Origin: a virus
Length of the DNA: 38,904 nucleotides
IMG/VR virus record: IMGVR_UViG_3300030330_005386
Location: 1-38,904 of that record
Direction: 5' to 3' (one strand)
Part shown: one piece after another, positions 29,457 through 36,351 of the stretch
Numbering within the stretch: the stretch's first letter is position 1
How the letters are laid out: every line of letters begins with the position of its first letter
Translations under genes and position numbers: made by a program
The notes under the pieces: generated by a model
What the model was told of the DNA's origin: nothing
Database searches by the model: none
The model's input: only the letters and a program-made list of their open reading frames with translations

Positions 29457-30036
29457 GTTTATTAATATTGAAGGCCAGAGTAATTCTTTCTTTAGATGAT
29501 GTCTGTTCTTTTACATGGTGCCAAACATGACTAGGGAACATAATCATAGTTCCATTTTCGCCTTTATAAGAACAGTTATATTCATCAAAGTGAACTGGAT
29601 GATTATGATTCTGATAGTATATCACACCCGAAAGTAATCCACCATGAAAATGAGATGGATTATCATCACCCTTATAAGAAAAGTTTGTCCAGATATCATA
29701 CCCATCAAAATGTCCATCCCATTTTCTCAACTTAAAGTCGCGATGGTGGGCACCCATTCCCCAATACTTTGAAGTAAGTCTCATAACCCATGCCAACCAA
29801 AACGATTGCTCAATAAGATGTGGTGAGATAGAACACTGATATGAGTTATGTTTCTTACCATCTTTGGCAAGATACCCATAATTCTCATGTGCTTTAAGTT
29901 CTGATAGAGGATGATTTTTAAATCTTTTACTTTCTTTTACCCAAAGATCAATCTCTTTTATGATAGGTTTGGGTATACGAATCACCATCACAGGACATCC
30001 ATCCTGCAATTTTTTCATTTCTAAAATGCCATTCAT
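29443..30036 (-). CDS. Putative 2OG-Fe(II) oxygenase
   Basis: NPSHFHGGLLSGVIYYQNHNHPVHF...GTMIMFPSHVWHHVKEQTSSKERITLAFNI: SGVxY, distal His and Arg motif. Confidence 0.75.
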   Translation of the reverse strand: MNGILEMKKLQDGCPVMVIRIPKPIIKEIDLWVKESKRFKNHPLSELKAHENYGYLAKDGKKHNSYQCSISPHLIEQSFWLAWVMRLTSKYWGMGAHHRDFKLRKWDGHFDGYDIWTNFSYKGDDNPSHFHGGLLSGVIYYQNHNHPVHFDEYNCSYKGENGTMIMFPSHVWHHVKEQTSSKERITLAFNINKRDAV

Positions 30037-30037
30037 G

Positions 30038-30295
30038 TCAAAGAGGTAGTTTCGCTCGGGAGGTTCTCTTCAAAAAGTTTAACTCCATTGCTTCATATTT
30101 CAACTTCTCTTTCAGAGGTTTTGAAATCAGTTTGGGTACGGACTCCACGTCAATTGAGTTCATCTCACAGAAATGAACAATCGCATCAATATAACTCATG
30201 TCCTCATTGTCAAGGACAAGTTTCTCAATATCCTGCGCGAACTTTGACGGGCAGAAGAATTTCTTTTCTAGTGCTTTCTCTAGTTCATTCTCCAT
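30038..30295 (-). CDS. 33: Late transcription coactivator gp33
   Basis: DMSYIDAIVHFCEMNSIDVESVPKLISKPLKEKLKYEAMELNFLKR aligns with the T4 gp33 pattern MSYLEATTAFLEENSIP...SGIIEKIQSEAIDENLLR; start taken at MENELEK. Confidence 0.8.
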   Translation of the reverse strand: MENELEKALEKKFFCPSKFAQDIEKLVLDNEDMSYIDAIVHFCEMNSIDVESVPKLISKPLKEKLKYEAMELNFLKRTSRAKLPL

Positions 30296-30968
30296 TCTCT
30301 GTCCTAGTATTGTGATGTACAAATTCCTTGATGTAACGAACTAGAAGCTTAATATAATCGTCTTTGTTCCGTTTGTCAAACACCTTGACTTCGCCACCAG
30401 GAGTTACCATGAGAGTAATTAGTTTTTTAACTGGAATACCAGTCATCTCATAGTAGGCACATGCATAAAATGTTTCTTGGACAAAGTAGTTCTCCAACCA
30501 CTTCTCAGGTTTAATCTTTTCAGATGTCTTAAAATCTATGACTGCTAGTTCTCCTTCGTACTCACCGATGCAGTCTACTCTACCTGCCAACCCAAGGTAC
30601 TCTGAATATAGAGTTCTTTCAATAGCATGTACGTTATTTATCTTATCCAGATATGGCTTGGCATGATGAAACATAAACTGTGTCATAGGACGAAACTCAT
30701 CCCAGTTCAGTTGTAGATTCATTAGGTATGCTTGTGCTGCTTCGTGGAAATCAGTTCCCCGTGCAGTTGCTTTCTTGGTGATGCGATTTGCTTCTTCAAT
30801 ACCAACTCGCTTCCTCCACTTTGCGAAGATCTCTCTGTTATAGAAAGATGTCACAGAAGTAATAGAGGGCACCCACTGTCCATCAGGAAGATTGTAGAAG
30901 CGGATACCCTGTGTTTCTTTTTTGTTTAGTTCAATGTCACCTAGAAAATTATGATGAGTGAAGTTCAT
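30285..30968 (-). CDS. PD-(D/E)XK (RecB/Cas4-like) exonuclease
   Basis: GTDFHEAA...YLGLAGRVDCIGEYEGELAVIDFKTSEK...QETFYACAYYEMTG. Confidence 0.8.
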   Translation of the reverse strand: MNFTHHNFLGDIELNKKETQGIRFYNLPDGQWVPSITSVTSFYNREIFAKWRKRVGIEEANRITKKATARGTDFHEAAQAYLMNLQLNWDEFRPMTQFMFHHAKPYLDKINNVHAIERTLYSEYLGLAGRVDCIGEYEGELAVIDFKTSEKIKPEKWLENYFVQETFYACAYYEMTGIPVKKLITLMVTPGGEVKVFDKRNKDDYIKLLVRYIKEFVHHNTRTENGE

Positions 30969-31717
30969 AGATTAAGATCTGTTTTCGCAAGCAAGTATTC
31001 TTTACAGAGTCCAGAACGGACAATATCTTCAACACCAAATTCAATGATGTCAACGGATGGCATTACTCTGAGAATTTTCATGAAATCAGCGATTCCATTT
31101 CTTTCATTCTGTTTAACCAAGTCAGTCTGAGTAGCGTCACCACAGAACATGATCTTAGTATCTTCACCAACCCTAGTAATAATACTATCAAGTTCGTGGA
31201 AGTTCAAGTTCTGATACTCATCAACAATGATGATTGCTTTATCAAGAGTTGTACCTCGAATGAATGAGGTGCTCCAGAAACTAATAGTGCCCTGAGTCTT
31301 CAGATTACCATATAGCATTTCAAAGTCTGTCTCTGTTGGAAGAGAGAACATATACTTTACCATATTCTTATAAGGAATCTGGTAGATGTCAGACTTATCT
31401 TCATGATCTCCAGGGAGGAAACCAATCTCTCTGGTAGCTACAAGTGAACGAACGATGTAAATCTTTTCGTAAGGAGATCTTTCATCCAATACATCTCTCA
31501 ATGCATTATAAAGAGTAATGAAAGTTTTACCTGTTCCTGCTGCACCATACGCGACTAGATTTTTATCATTGGCGTATGCATCAAATAGTTTTTCTTGATT
31601 TTCAGTGAGGGGATCAATGTCCCTCATCAGTTCAGTATTAATTGGTTTGCGGCGTTTCATCTGCTTAGCAGTTAAACCGACACCAATAGGTTGATCTCTT
31701 TTTCTTTTGGCAGGCAT
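30965..31717 (-). CDS. phoH: PhoH-like ATPase
   Basis: LTENQEKLFDAYANDKNLVAYGAAGTGKTFITLYNALRDVL...VRSLVATREIGFLPGDHEDK; Walker A GAAGTGKT. Confidence 0.95.
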   Translation of the reverse strand: MPAKRKRDQPIGVGLTAKQMKRRKPINTELMRDIDPLTENQEKLFDAYANDKNLVAYGAAGTGKTFITLYNALRDVLDERSPYEKIYIVRSLVATREIGFLPGDHEDKSDIYQIPYKNMVKYMFSLPTETDFEMLYGNLKTQGTISFWSTSFIRGTTLDKAIIIVDEYQNLNFHELDSIITRVGEDTKIMFCGDATQTDLVKQNERNGIADFMKILRVMPSVDIIEFGVEDIVRSGLCKEYLLAKTDLNL

Positions 31718-31720
31718 AGA

Positions 31721-31969
31721 TTAAACAGGCTTGACGTTGGAACCGGGATACTTGGATGCACGATGCAAAACATCGTTCCACCCAGGATGAGACTTTTTGA
31801 GTTTGTCGTAAACTTCTCCAATCTCAGCGCAACTAGGTGCGGTGGTTGGATCACTCCAGTCTCTTTGCCATTCAGGATTGTCTTCTAACCACTGATCCCA
31901 TTCATGAACGCTAAGTTTGACATCCTTTTGTTCACCAGTTTCCTTATTAATAACAGGGTATGTAGCCAT
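31721..31969 (-). CDS. Hypothetical protein (Trp-rich)
   Basis: 82 aa between phoH and thyX; LSVHEWDQWLEDNPEWQRDWSDP. Confidence 0.6.
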   Translation of the reverse strand: MATYPVINKETGEQKDVKLSVHEWDQWLEDNPEWQRDWSDPTTAPSCAEIGEVYDKLKKSHPGWNDVLHRASKYPGSNVKPV

Positions 31970-31997
31970 AGAAATTAACTTACGATGTAATATTTAT

Positions 31998-32633
31998 TCA
32001 CCACTCTAGTGCTTCAGCAATAGAAGGGAATTGTTCTTTGAATACACGCTTGGCATCATTAGCAATGTCCATGTGCTCCTTCTGTGTGCCATTAGCAGAG
32101 CGCAGATCGATATAATGGATCCACGACCTAATAGATCCCGTCATGTAGAGTCTTGTGGGCACGGCGAGGGGAAGCACAAAACGCGAACACTCCTTTGCGA
32201 TTCCCTCACGGATCAGTTCGTTGTAGAGATCCATACCTTCATTGAAGTATGCTTCAATACGTTGCTGCAAGAACTTAGTTTTCTCAGGATCAACATCATC
32301 GATAGAGTTCTGACGATTCTTTTCATCCTGACGACGCAGTTCAGGAATTGGAATACCAGCATCCAACCAGTTGACATCAGCATACCGTTGGGAAAACTCT
32401 TGATATGTGAAACTACGGTGACGCAGCACTTGAGCCGCAATTCCTCTGGTAGTATTCAATTCAAGAGTCATGAACGCTTGTTCAAAGATACTCCAGTGTT
32501 GATGCTTGATACAATACTTCAGCAGTCCAGAAAACTTTTCGTTTTCCTGATTTTGTGGATTGCTTACGCGAGCACAATAGGCAATGTGTTTCTCCGCGTC
32601 AGGAGTTACACTGATCAGTTTTACGTCGTTCAC
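31998..32633 (-). CDS. thyX: Flavin-dependent thymidylate synthase
   Basis: RHRSFTYQEFSQRY ThyX signature; full length 211 aa. Confidence 0.95.
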   Translation of the reverse strand: MNDVKLISVTPDAEKHIAYCARVSNPQNQENEKFSGLLKYCIKHQHWSIFEQAFMTLELNTTRGIAAQVLRHRSFTYQEFSQRYADVNWLDAGIPIPELRRQDEKNRQNSIDDVDPEKTKFLQQRIEAYFNEGMDLYNELIREGIAKECSRFVLPLAVPTRLYMTGSIRSWIHYIDLRSANGTQKEHMDIANDAKRVFKEQFPSIAEALEW

Positions 32634-32757
32634 TTAGTTTTAGTTCTTTCTTTACAAGTTTAGCATACATCACATCCTCTTGGGAATACCACTCAGGATG
32701 CTTCTTTGCTCGTTTAATGATTTTCTTTGCTGCCTTTTTGAGAGATAATTCTTCCAT
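32599..32757 (-). CDS. Small hypothetical protein, not in ORF track
   Basis: MEELSLKKAAKKIIKRAKKHPEWYSQEDVMYAKLVKKELKLSERRKTDQCNS*, 52 aa, overlaps thyX start. Confidence 0.55.
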   Translation of the reverse strand: MEELSLKKAAKKIIKRAKKHPEWYSQEDVMYAKLVKKELKLSERRKTDQCNS

Positions 32758-32762
32758 AGAAG

Positions 32763-32939
32763 TTAATCGGGGTAACCATCATCGTCTTCAAAAATTTCAT
32801 CGTAATCAGTTATTGCTGCGCTACTACCTTCGCTATTATATTTAGACACATCAGAATATACTTCAGATTCCAAAACATCTACCAAAGATTTAAGGTTACG
32901 GACAATGAGTTTGAGTCGTTCCTGTTGTTCTGCTTCCAT
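32763..32939 (-). CDS. Small hypothetical acidic protein (start MEAEQQERLKL)
   Basis: 58 aa; shortened from the track start because the upstream codons run through a terminator hairpin and a promoter. Confidence 0.5.
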   Translation of the reverse strand: MEAEQQERLKLIVRNLKSLVDVLESEVYSDVSKYNSEGSSAAITDYDEIFEDDDGYPD

Positions 32940-32940
32940 A

Positions 32941-32962
32941 AAAAAAGGGGGCATATGCCCCC
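32941..32962 (-). terminator. Intrinsic terminator
   Basis: Minus strand GGGGGCATATGCCCCCTTTTTT: perfect GC-rich hairpin plus T6. Confidence 0.85.
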
Positions 32963-32990
32963 AGTATATCATATTTGATTTGTAAGTCAA
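32963..32990 (-). promoter_or_regulatory. Sigma70-like promoter overlapping the terminator
   Basis: Minus strand TTGACT-N16-TATACT directly upstream of the hairpin. Confidence 0.6.
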
Positions 32991-33158
32991 TCACTTGAAG
33001 TAGGTTTGTCCGCGATAAGTAAACTTACCGTGAACTTCCTGTACAGGTGCAGCGAACTTCTTAGTCACAATACCACGATAGGCAGTGTGATTAATTTGAG
33101 CGTCGTGCAGGGCAGATGCTTTATCGATCTGCTTCTTGATCATGTTGAGTGTGTTCAT
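32991..33158 (-). CDS. Small YRG-motif peptide, DUF4278-like; not in ORF track
   Basis: MNTLNMIKKQIDKASALHDAQINHTAYRGIVTKKFAAPVQEVHGKFTYRGQTYFK*, 55 aa, AGGAG SD 7 nt upstream of ATG. Confidence 0.8.
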   Translation of the reverse strand: MNTLNMIKKQIDKASALHDAQINHTAYRGIVTKKFAAPVQEVHGKFTYRGQTYFK

Positions 33159-33191
33159 AGTAGTACTCCTAAAGTAGTGGATTTTTAGGCC

Positions 33192-33233
33192 CGTTCCTTT
33201 AGTCGTTTGCGTCCGTCCGAAGACGGATGAACG
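33192..33233 (-). ncRNA. Glutamine-riboswitch-like aptamer B (proximal copy)
   Basis: Minus strand CGTTCATCCGTCTTCGGACGGACGCAAACGACTAAAGGAACG; CGTTC/GGAACG closing stem, TCCGTC-TTCG-GACGGA hairpin, conserved GGACGCAA. Confidence 0.65.
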
Positions 33234-33236
33234 ATC

Positions 33237-33276
33237 CGTTCCGCGACTTACTTGCGTCCAGTTTCCTGGATGAACG
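33237..33276 (-). ncRNA. Glutamine-riboswitch-like aptamer A (distal copy)
   Basis: Minus strand CGTTCATCCAGGAAACTGGACGCAAGTAAGTCGCGGAACG; CGTTC/GAACG stem, TCCAG-GAAA-CTGGA hairpin, GGACGCAAGTAAG core as in glnA/Downstream-peptide motifs. Confidence 0.7.
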
Positions 33277-33283
33277 TAGGGTT

Positions 33284-33312
33284 ATTATACCCTTCATAGA
33301 TTATATAGTCAA
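33284..33312 (-). promoter_or_regulatory. Near-consensus sigma70 promoter for the riboswitch-peptide unit
   Basis: Minus strand TTGACT-N17-TATAAT immediately upstream of aptamer A. Confidence 0.85.
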
Positions 33313-33337
33313 GTAATTTTGTAATTTGTGATACAGT

Positions 33338-33574
33338 TTATACAAACATCCCGGTATCAGACATGTACTTGAGAGTCTCTTTCAAATTACCACGATGATT
33401 CAAACCAATAGCAACCTGAGGGTACTCTGCTTCACTACCAAACTCTGCACGAAACTGTCTATCACTAAAGTCTGCACCAAGTACGAACTCTCTCACCTCT
33501 TGTCCACATGCCTCAAGAACCATCTTGGCTCTTTCAGATTCTTGACTACCATTACTATAAACAAGTGCTTGCAT
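33338..33574 (-). CDS. Glutaredoxin-like protein lacking the CxxC motif
   Basis: MQALVYSNGSQESERAKMVLEACGQEVREFVLGADFSDRQFRAEFGSEAEYPQVAI...HRGNLKETLKYM: thioredoxin-fold pattern with cis-Pro but GSQE in place of CPYC. Confidence 0.6.
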   Translation of the reverse strand: MQALVYSNGSQESERAKMVLEACGQEVREFVLGADFSDRQFRAEFGSEAEYPQVAIGLNHRGNLKETLKYMSDTGMFV

Positions 33575-33888
33575 TAGTCTCTTTGCCTCCAGTCATCAGG
33601 TTTATCTCTTTGAAACCAATCTACAATTTCATCTGCACTATCAAATCCCGTTTTATGATTGGATGGATCGGGATCGCCTAGTCCCATCCTATTCATAAAA
33701 TCCTCAACACTTCCCTCTTCAATATCCTGGGATGCTTGACGACGTGCCTGTTGCAACCAATCTCTAGCAAGAGTATGTGCTTTGGCAAGTTTCTCTGCCC
33801 AGATCATATCCTCTAGAGGAACTTGTTCCTTATTAGCGATGCAACGACAGATAGACTCCAAACGAAGTCGATACGCGGTAGAAAGCAT
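33574..33888 (-). CDS. Hypothetical protein
   Basis: 104 aa ORF in continuous operon. Confidence 0.6.
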   Translation of the reverse strand: MLSTAYRLRLESICRCIANKEQVPLEDMIWAEKLAKAHTLARDWLQQARRQASQDIEEGSVEDFMNRMGLGDPDPSNHKTGFDSADEIVDWFQRDKPDDWRQRD

Positions 33889-33889
33889 T

Positions 33890-34087
33890 TTAGTTCCGTT
33901 TGAGTTTGTCTTTTAGATCAAGAACCTTATTCACCTCATCGACAGCAGCAGACATCCTATCACCTAGGATATCCATGATATCTTCGTAGATTATTTCATT
34001 ATCCACGTAGTCATCGAAGTATGTGTCGATTGCCTCTTTGAGATACCTCTTTCGATGCCACTCAGGAGAATAAGGTTTGTAAGTCAT
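33890..34087 (-). CDS. Hypothetical protein
   Basis: 65 aa ORF, MTYKPYSPEWHRKRYLKEAIDTYFDDYVD. Confidence 0.55.
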   Translation of the reverse strand: MTYKPYSPEWHRKRYLKEAIDTYFDDYVDNEIIYEDIMDILGDRMSAAVDEVNKVLDLKDKLKRN

Positions 34088-34112
34088 GATAAAATCATAT
34101 GTGGATATTTAG

Positions 34113-34442
34113 TTACCGTTCAATGTAACTAAGGCTATGATGATCTGATTTTAACTGATGAATGATAATATCGCAACCCACCTTAGGTTCTGCGTCACCA
34201 CATGTAAATATATCTACTGCTGCTTCTCCTTTCTCAGGCCAAGTATGAATACTAATATGACTCTCAGCAAGAAGACAAACAGCAGTCACGCCGTATGGTT
34301 CAAACTTTTTTGAGATAGTTTGAACTACTGTTGAACCACTTGCTTCCGCAGCAATCTCCAACAATTCTCTTAGATACGTTTCATTATTCAGATTCTCAAA
34401 CTTACATCCATAAAGATTGAGGAGATAGTGCTTACCCATCAT
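34113..34442 (-). CDS. speD: S-adenosylmethionine decarboxylase proenzyme
   Basis: LLAESHISIHTWPEKGEAAVDIFTCG, catalytic/processing motif of AdoMetDC. Confidence 0.93.
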   Translation of the reverse strand: MMGKHYLLNLYGCKFENLNNETYLRELLEIAAEASGSTVVQTISKKFEPYGVTAVCLLAESHISIHTWPEKGEAAVDIFTCGDAEPKVGCDIIIHQLKSDHHSLSYIER

Positions 34443-34657
34443 TCTATTGCTTCTGAATCGATACCATATTCATCTACGAGACGATCAACTGCTGTTTTAA
34501 TATCAGAAAGTTTGCATACCTCAGCGATATTTGATTTTTGAAATTTCTTTAATTTTTTATATTTTTTGATGAGTTTACTAACTTCATCAGTGTCGATTTC
34601 AAATCTAACGTTTCCATCTTTCTGCGGATCGTTAGTAAACCCTTTAAATCCGCTCAT
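34439..34657 (-). CDS. Hypothetical protein
   Basis: 72 aa, 4-bp ATGA overlap with speD. Confidence 0.55.
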   Translation of the reverse strand: MSGFKGFTNDPQKDGNVRFEIDTDEVSKLIKKYKKLKKFQKSNIAEVCKLSDIKTAVDRLVDEYGIDSEAIE

Positions 34658-34926
34658 GATTTTTTCTTCTTATCTTTTGGTGCAGGGTTACCCCAGAGTT
34701 TAGGACTAACCCTGCCTTCAGATTGTTGCATGGTAACAAAATTTTCTTTGTACTTGTCATAATAAGCATCAAAGATACTTGCTTGCTTTGTATCCATCAC
34801 TAGATCATAGTGCTCTACACCATCCTCTTTATATGTGACAAGATAGCAATTGTTAGGAAGATCCGTCGTATTATCTACGATCGGATCACAATCTTGTTTA
34901 ATAACCTTCAACTGCGTCCACCCCAT
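34654..34926 (-). CDS. Hypothetical protein
   Basis: 90 aa, operon overlap. Confidence 0.55.
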   Translation of the reverse strand: MGWTQLKVIKQDCDPIVDNTTDLPNNCYLVTYKEDGVEHYDLVMDTKQASIFDAYYDKYKENFVTMQQSEGRVSPKLWGNPAPKDKKKKS

Positions 34927-35384
34927 TGAATGTCAGGATATGCCTGTTTGACAATATCATAACTGATTTTGTACTTGTCTGCAAGGTTTTTATCCTTACA
35001 CAGACACAGGATCTCAGCCTCTTCGGGATGCAGTCCTTCAAGCATTTGGATGAACATGGTTTCTCTGCGAAGTCCAGAGAGTCCATCATTACCACCCTTC
35101 ACAAAGTTATAGAGATGCTTGTACTCTCTACGCAAGGAAGTGTGATCTGTACCAACAGGTACTTCGTTCTTATTGAAGGGAACCTCTCCAACAGGAAGAA
35201 CTGAGATCACAGTCTCATCAAAGTTCCAAATAAAAATAGTCTTCAGAGCATCGTTTTCATACTGCCGAAGGATTTCTACTTTCTTTGCCTTTGCACGTTG
35301 CTTGCTTGCAAGTTCAAGAATTTCATGAAGAAAAGGGTTAGGTGGTAGTTCAACCTTCTTCTTCGTCTTCGTCGTAGTCGCCAT
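34908..35384 (-). CDS. Conserved cyanophage protein of unknown function
   Basis: NPFLHEILELASKQRAKAKKVEILRQYENDALKTIFIWNFDETVISVLPVGEVPF; likely start MATTTKTK. Confidence 0.7.
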   Translation of the reverse strand: MATTTKTKKKVELPPNPFLHEILELASKQRAKAKKVEILRQYENDALKTIFIWNFDETVISVLPVGEVPFNKNEVPVGTDHTSLRREYKHLYNFVKGGNDGLSGLRRETMFIQMLEGLHPEEAEILCLCKDKNLADKYKISYDIVKQAYPDIQWGGRS

Positions 35385-35574
35385 AATCGTTTTCAAACCT
35401 TACTGCTAAAATTTCATCAGGTAGAACATTTCCGTTCTCATCAAACATTTCGGGATGAGTATATACTGGTTGGGTATTATAGACGTGTTCTTTTGCAAGC
35501 CATCCTACCATACCTCCAACAAAAAAGAACATTACTGATACCAATGTTCCAATCGTCAATGTTACTGCTAACAT
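35350..35574 (-). CDS. Small membrane protein
   Basis: N-terminal TM segment LAVTLTIGTLVSVMFFFVGGMVGWLA then HPEMFDENGNVLPDEILAVRFEN. Confidence 0.6.
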   Translation of the reverse strand: MLAVTLTIGTLVSVMFFFVGGMVGWLAKEHVYNTQPVYTHPEMFDENGNVLPDEILAVRFENDYGDYDEDEEEG

Positions 35575-35595
35575 TTTCCCGTCCTCCGAGAGTCT

Positions 35596-35799
35596 CTATC
35601 TTTTCCGAATATCCAAATAAAAATTGAAGTGGAAAACGATATCTCTCTTGAAAAGAGAAACCATATTTCCAAATCTTATTTGGAAAGTTTTGGGCGGTTC
35701 TGCTCTTCTCCTATTTCTAAGTAATAACTCTACCCCACGATTAAGGTGGGGATCTGGTTTATTTAGAATCTTTTCTTCGCCGTCCAGGTCGTCTATCAT
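35596..35799 (-). CDS. Hypothetical protein
   Basis: Start MIDDLDGEEKILNKPDPHLNRG more likely than track start. Confidence 0.45.
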   Translation of the reverse strand: MIDDLDGEEKILNKPDPHLNRGVELLLRNRRRAEPPKTFQIRFGNMVSLFKRDIVFHFNFYLDIRKR

Positions 35800-36112
35800 A
35801 ACTATACCTTTTAGCATCTGCAAGGATGCCCTCTAAAAATTTCTTGATCTTTCTTGCTTGCGGTTTAGGAATATGTCCATAACCTTCACGCAATTGTTTG
35901 TGCTCATTATCTTGTCCTCCCTCTAGATATTCTTCTAAATCAAGGACAAGATCTTTTATTTCTTTAGAAGTGCTGCTACTGATAAAGTCATCAGCATCTT
36001 TTCTAGTTGCCTTAATAACTTTAAAGTAATCATAGAGATTTAATCGAAATCTAAATGCCGTGAAGGCATCATCAATCGATTGCTCTATGATTGCGTAGAC
36101 TTCTTGATCCAT
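35759..36112 (-). CDS. Hypothetical protein
   Basis: Start MDQEVYAIIEQSIDDAF overlaps upstream stop by 1 nt. Confidence 0.6.
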   Translation of the reverse strand: MDQEVYAIIEQSIDDAFTAFRFRLNLYDYFKVIKATRKDADDFISSSTSKEIKDLVLDLEEYLEGGQDNEHKQLREGYGHIPKPQARKIKKFLEGILADAKRYSYDRRPGRRRKDSK

Positions 36113-36351
36113 CAAACCAGCTTGTTTTCTCTTAGATACTTGACAGTTTCTTGACATCCACCAATTAATTCATCATTCAGAACAACGCGAGGGAAAGTAG
36201 ATCCCCTCCCAAACTTTTCATAAAATTCCTCACCGTTAAAATCTCTGCCCAATTTATACTCAACAAATTGTTGTTCGGCAAGACTCAAAGCAGCAATCAC
36301 TTTGGTGCAGTAAGGACAACCGATTTTTGTGTAAATTGCAAAATTACTCAT
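36112..36351 (-). CDS. nrdC: Glutaredoxin
   Basis: FAIYTKIGCPYCTKVIAAL...TFPRVVLNDELIGGCQETVKYL: CPYC and TxPxVF..GG motifs. Confidence 0.85.
   Translation of the reverse strand: MSNFAIYTKIGCPYCTKVIAALSLAEQQFVEYKLGRDFNGEEFYEKFGRGSTFPRVVLNDELIGGCQETVKYLRENKLV

Noticed and set aside
32031-32663. 210-aa ORF on the plus strand
   Set aside because: Completely antisense to thyX, whose protein has the RHRSFTYQEFSQRY signature; the plus-strand frame has no recognisable motif.
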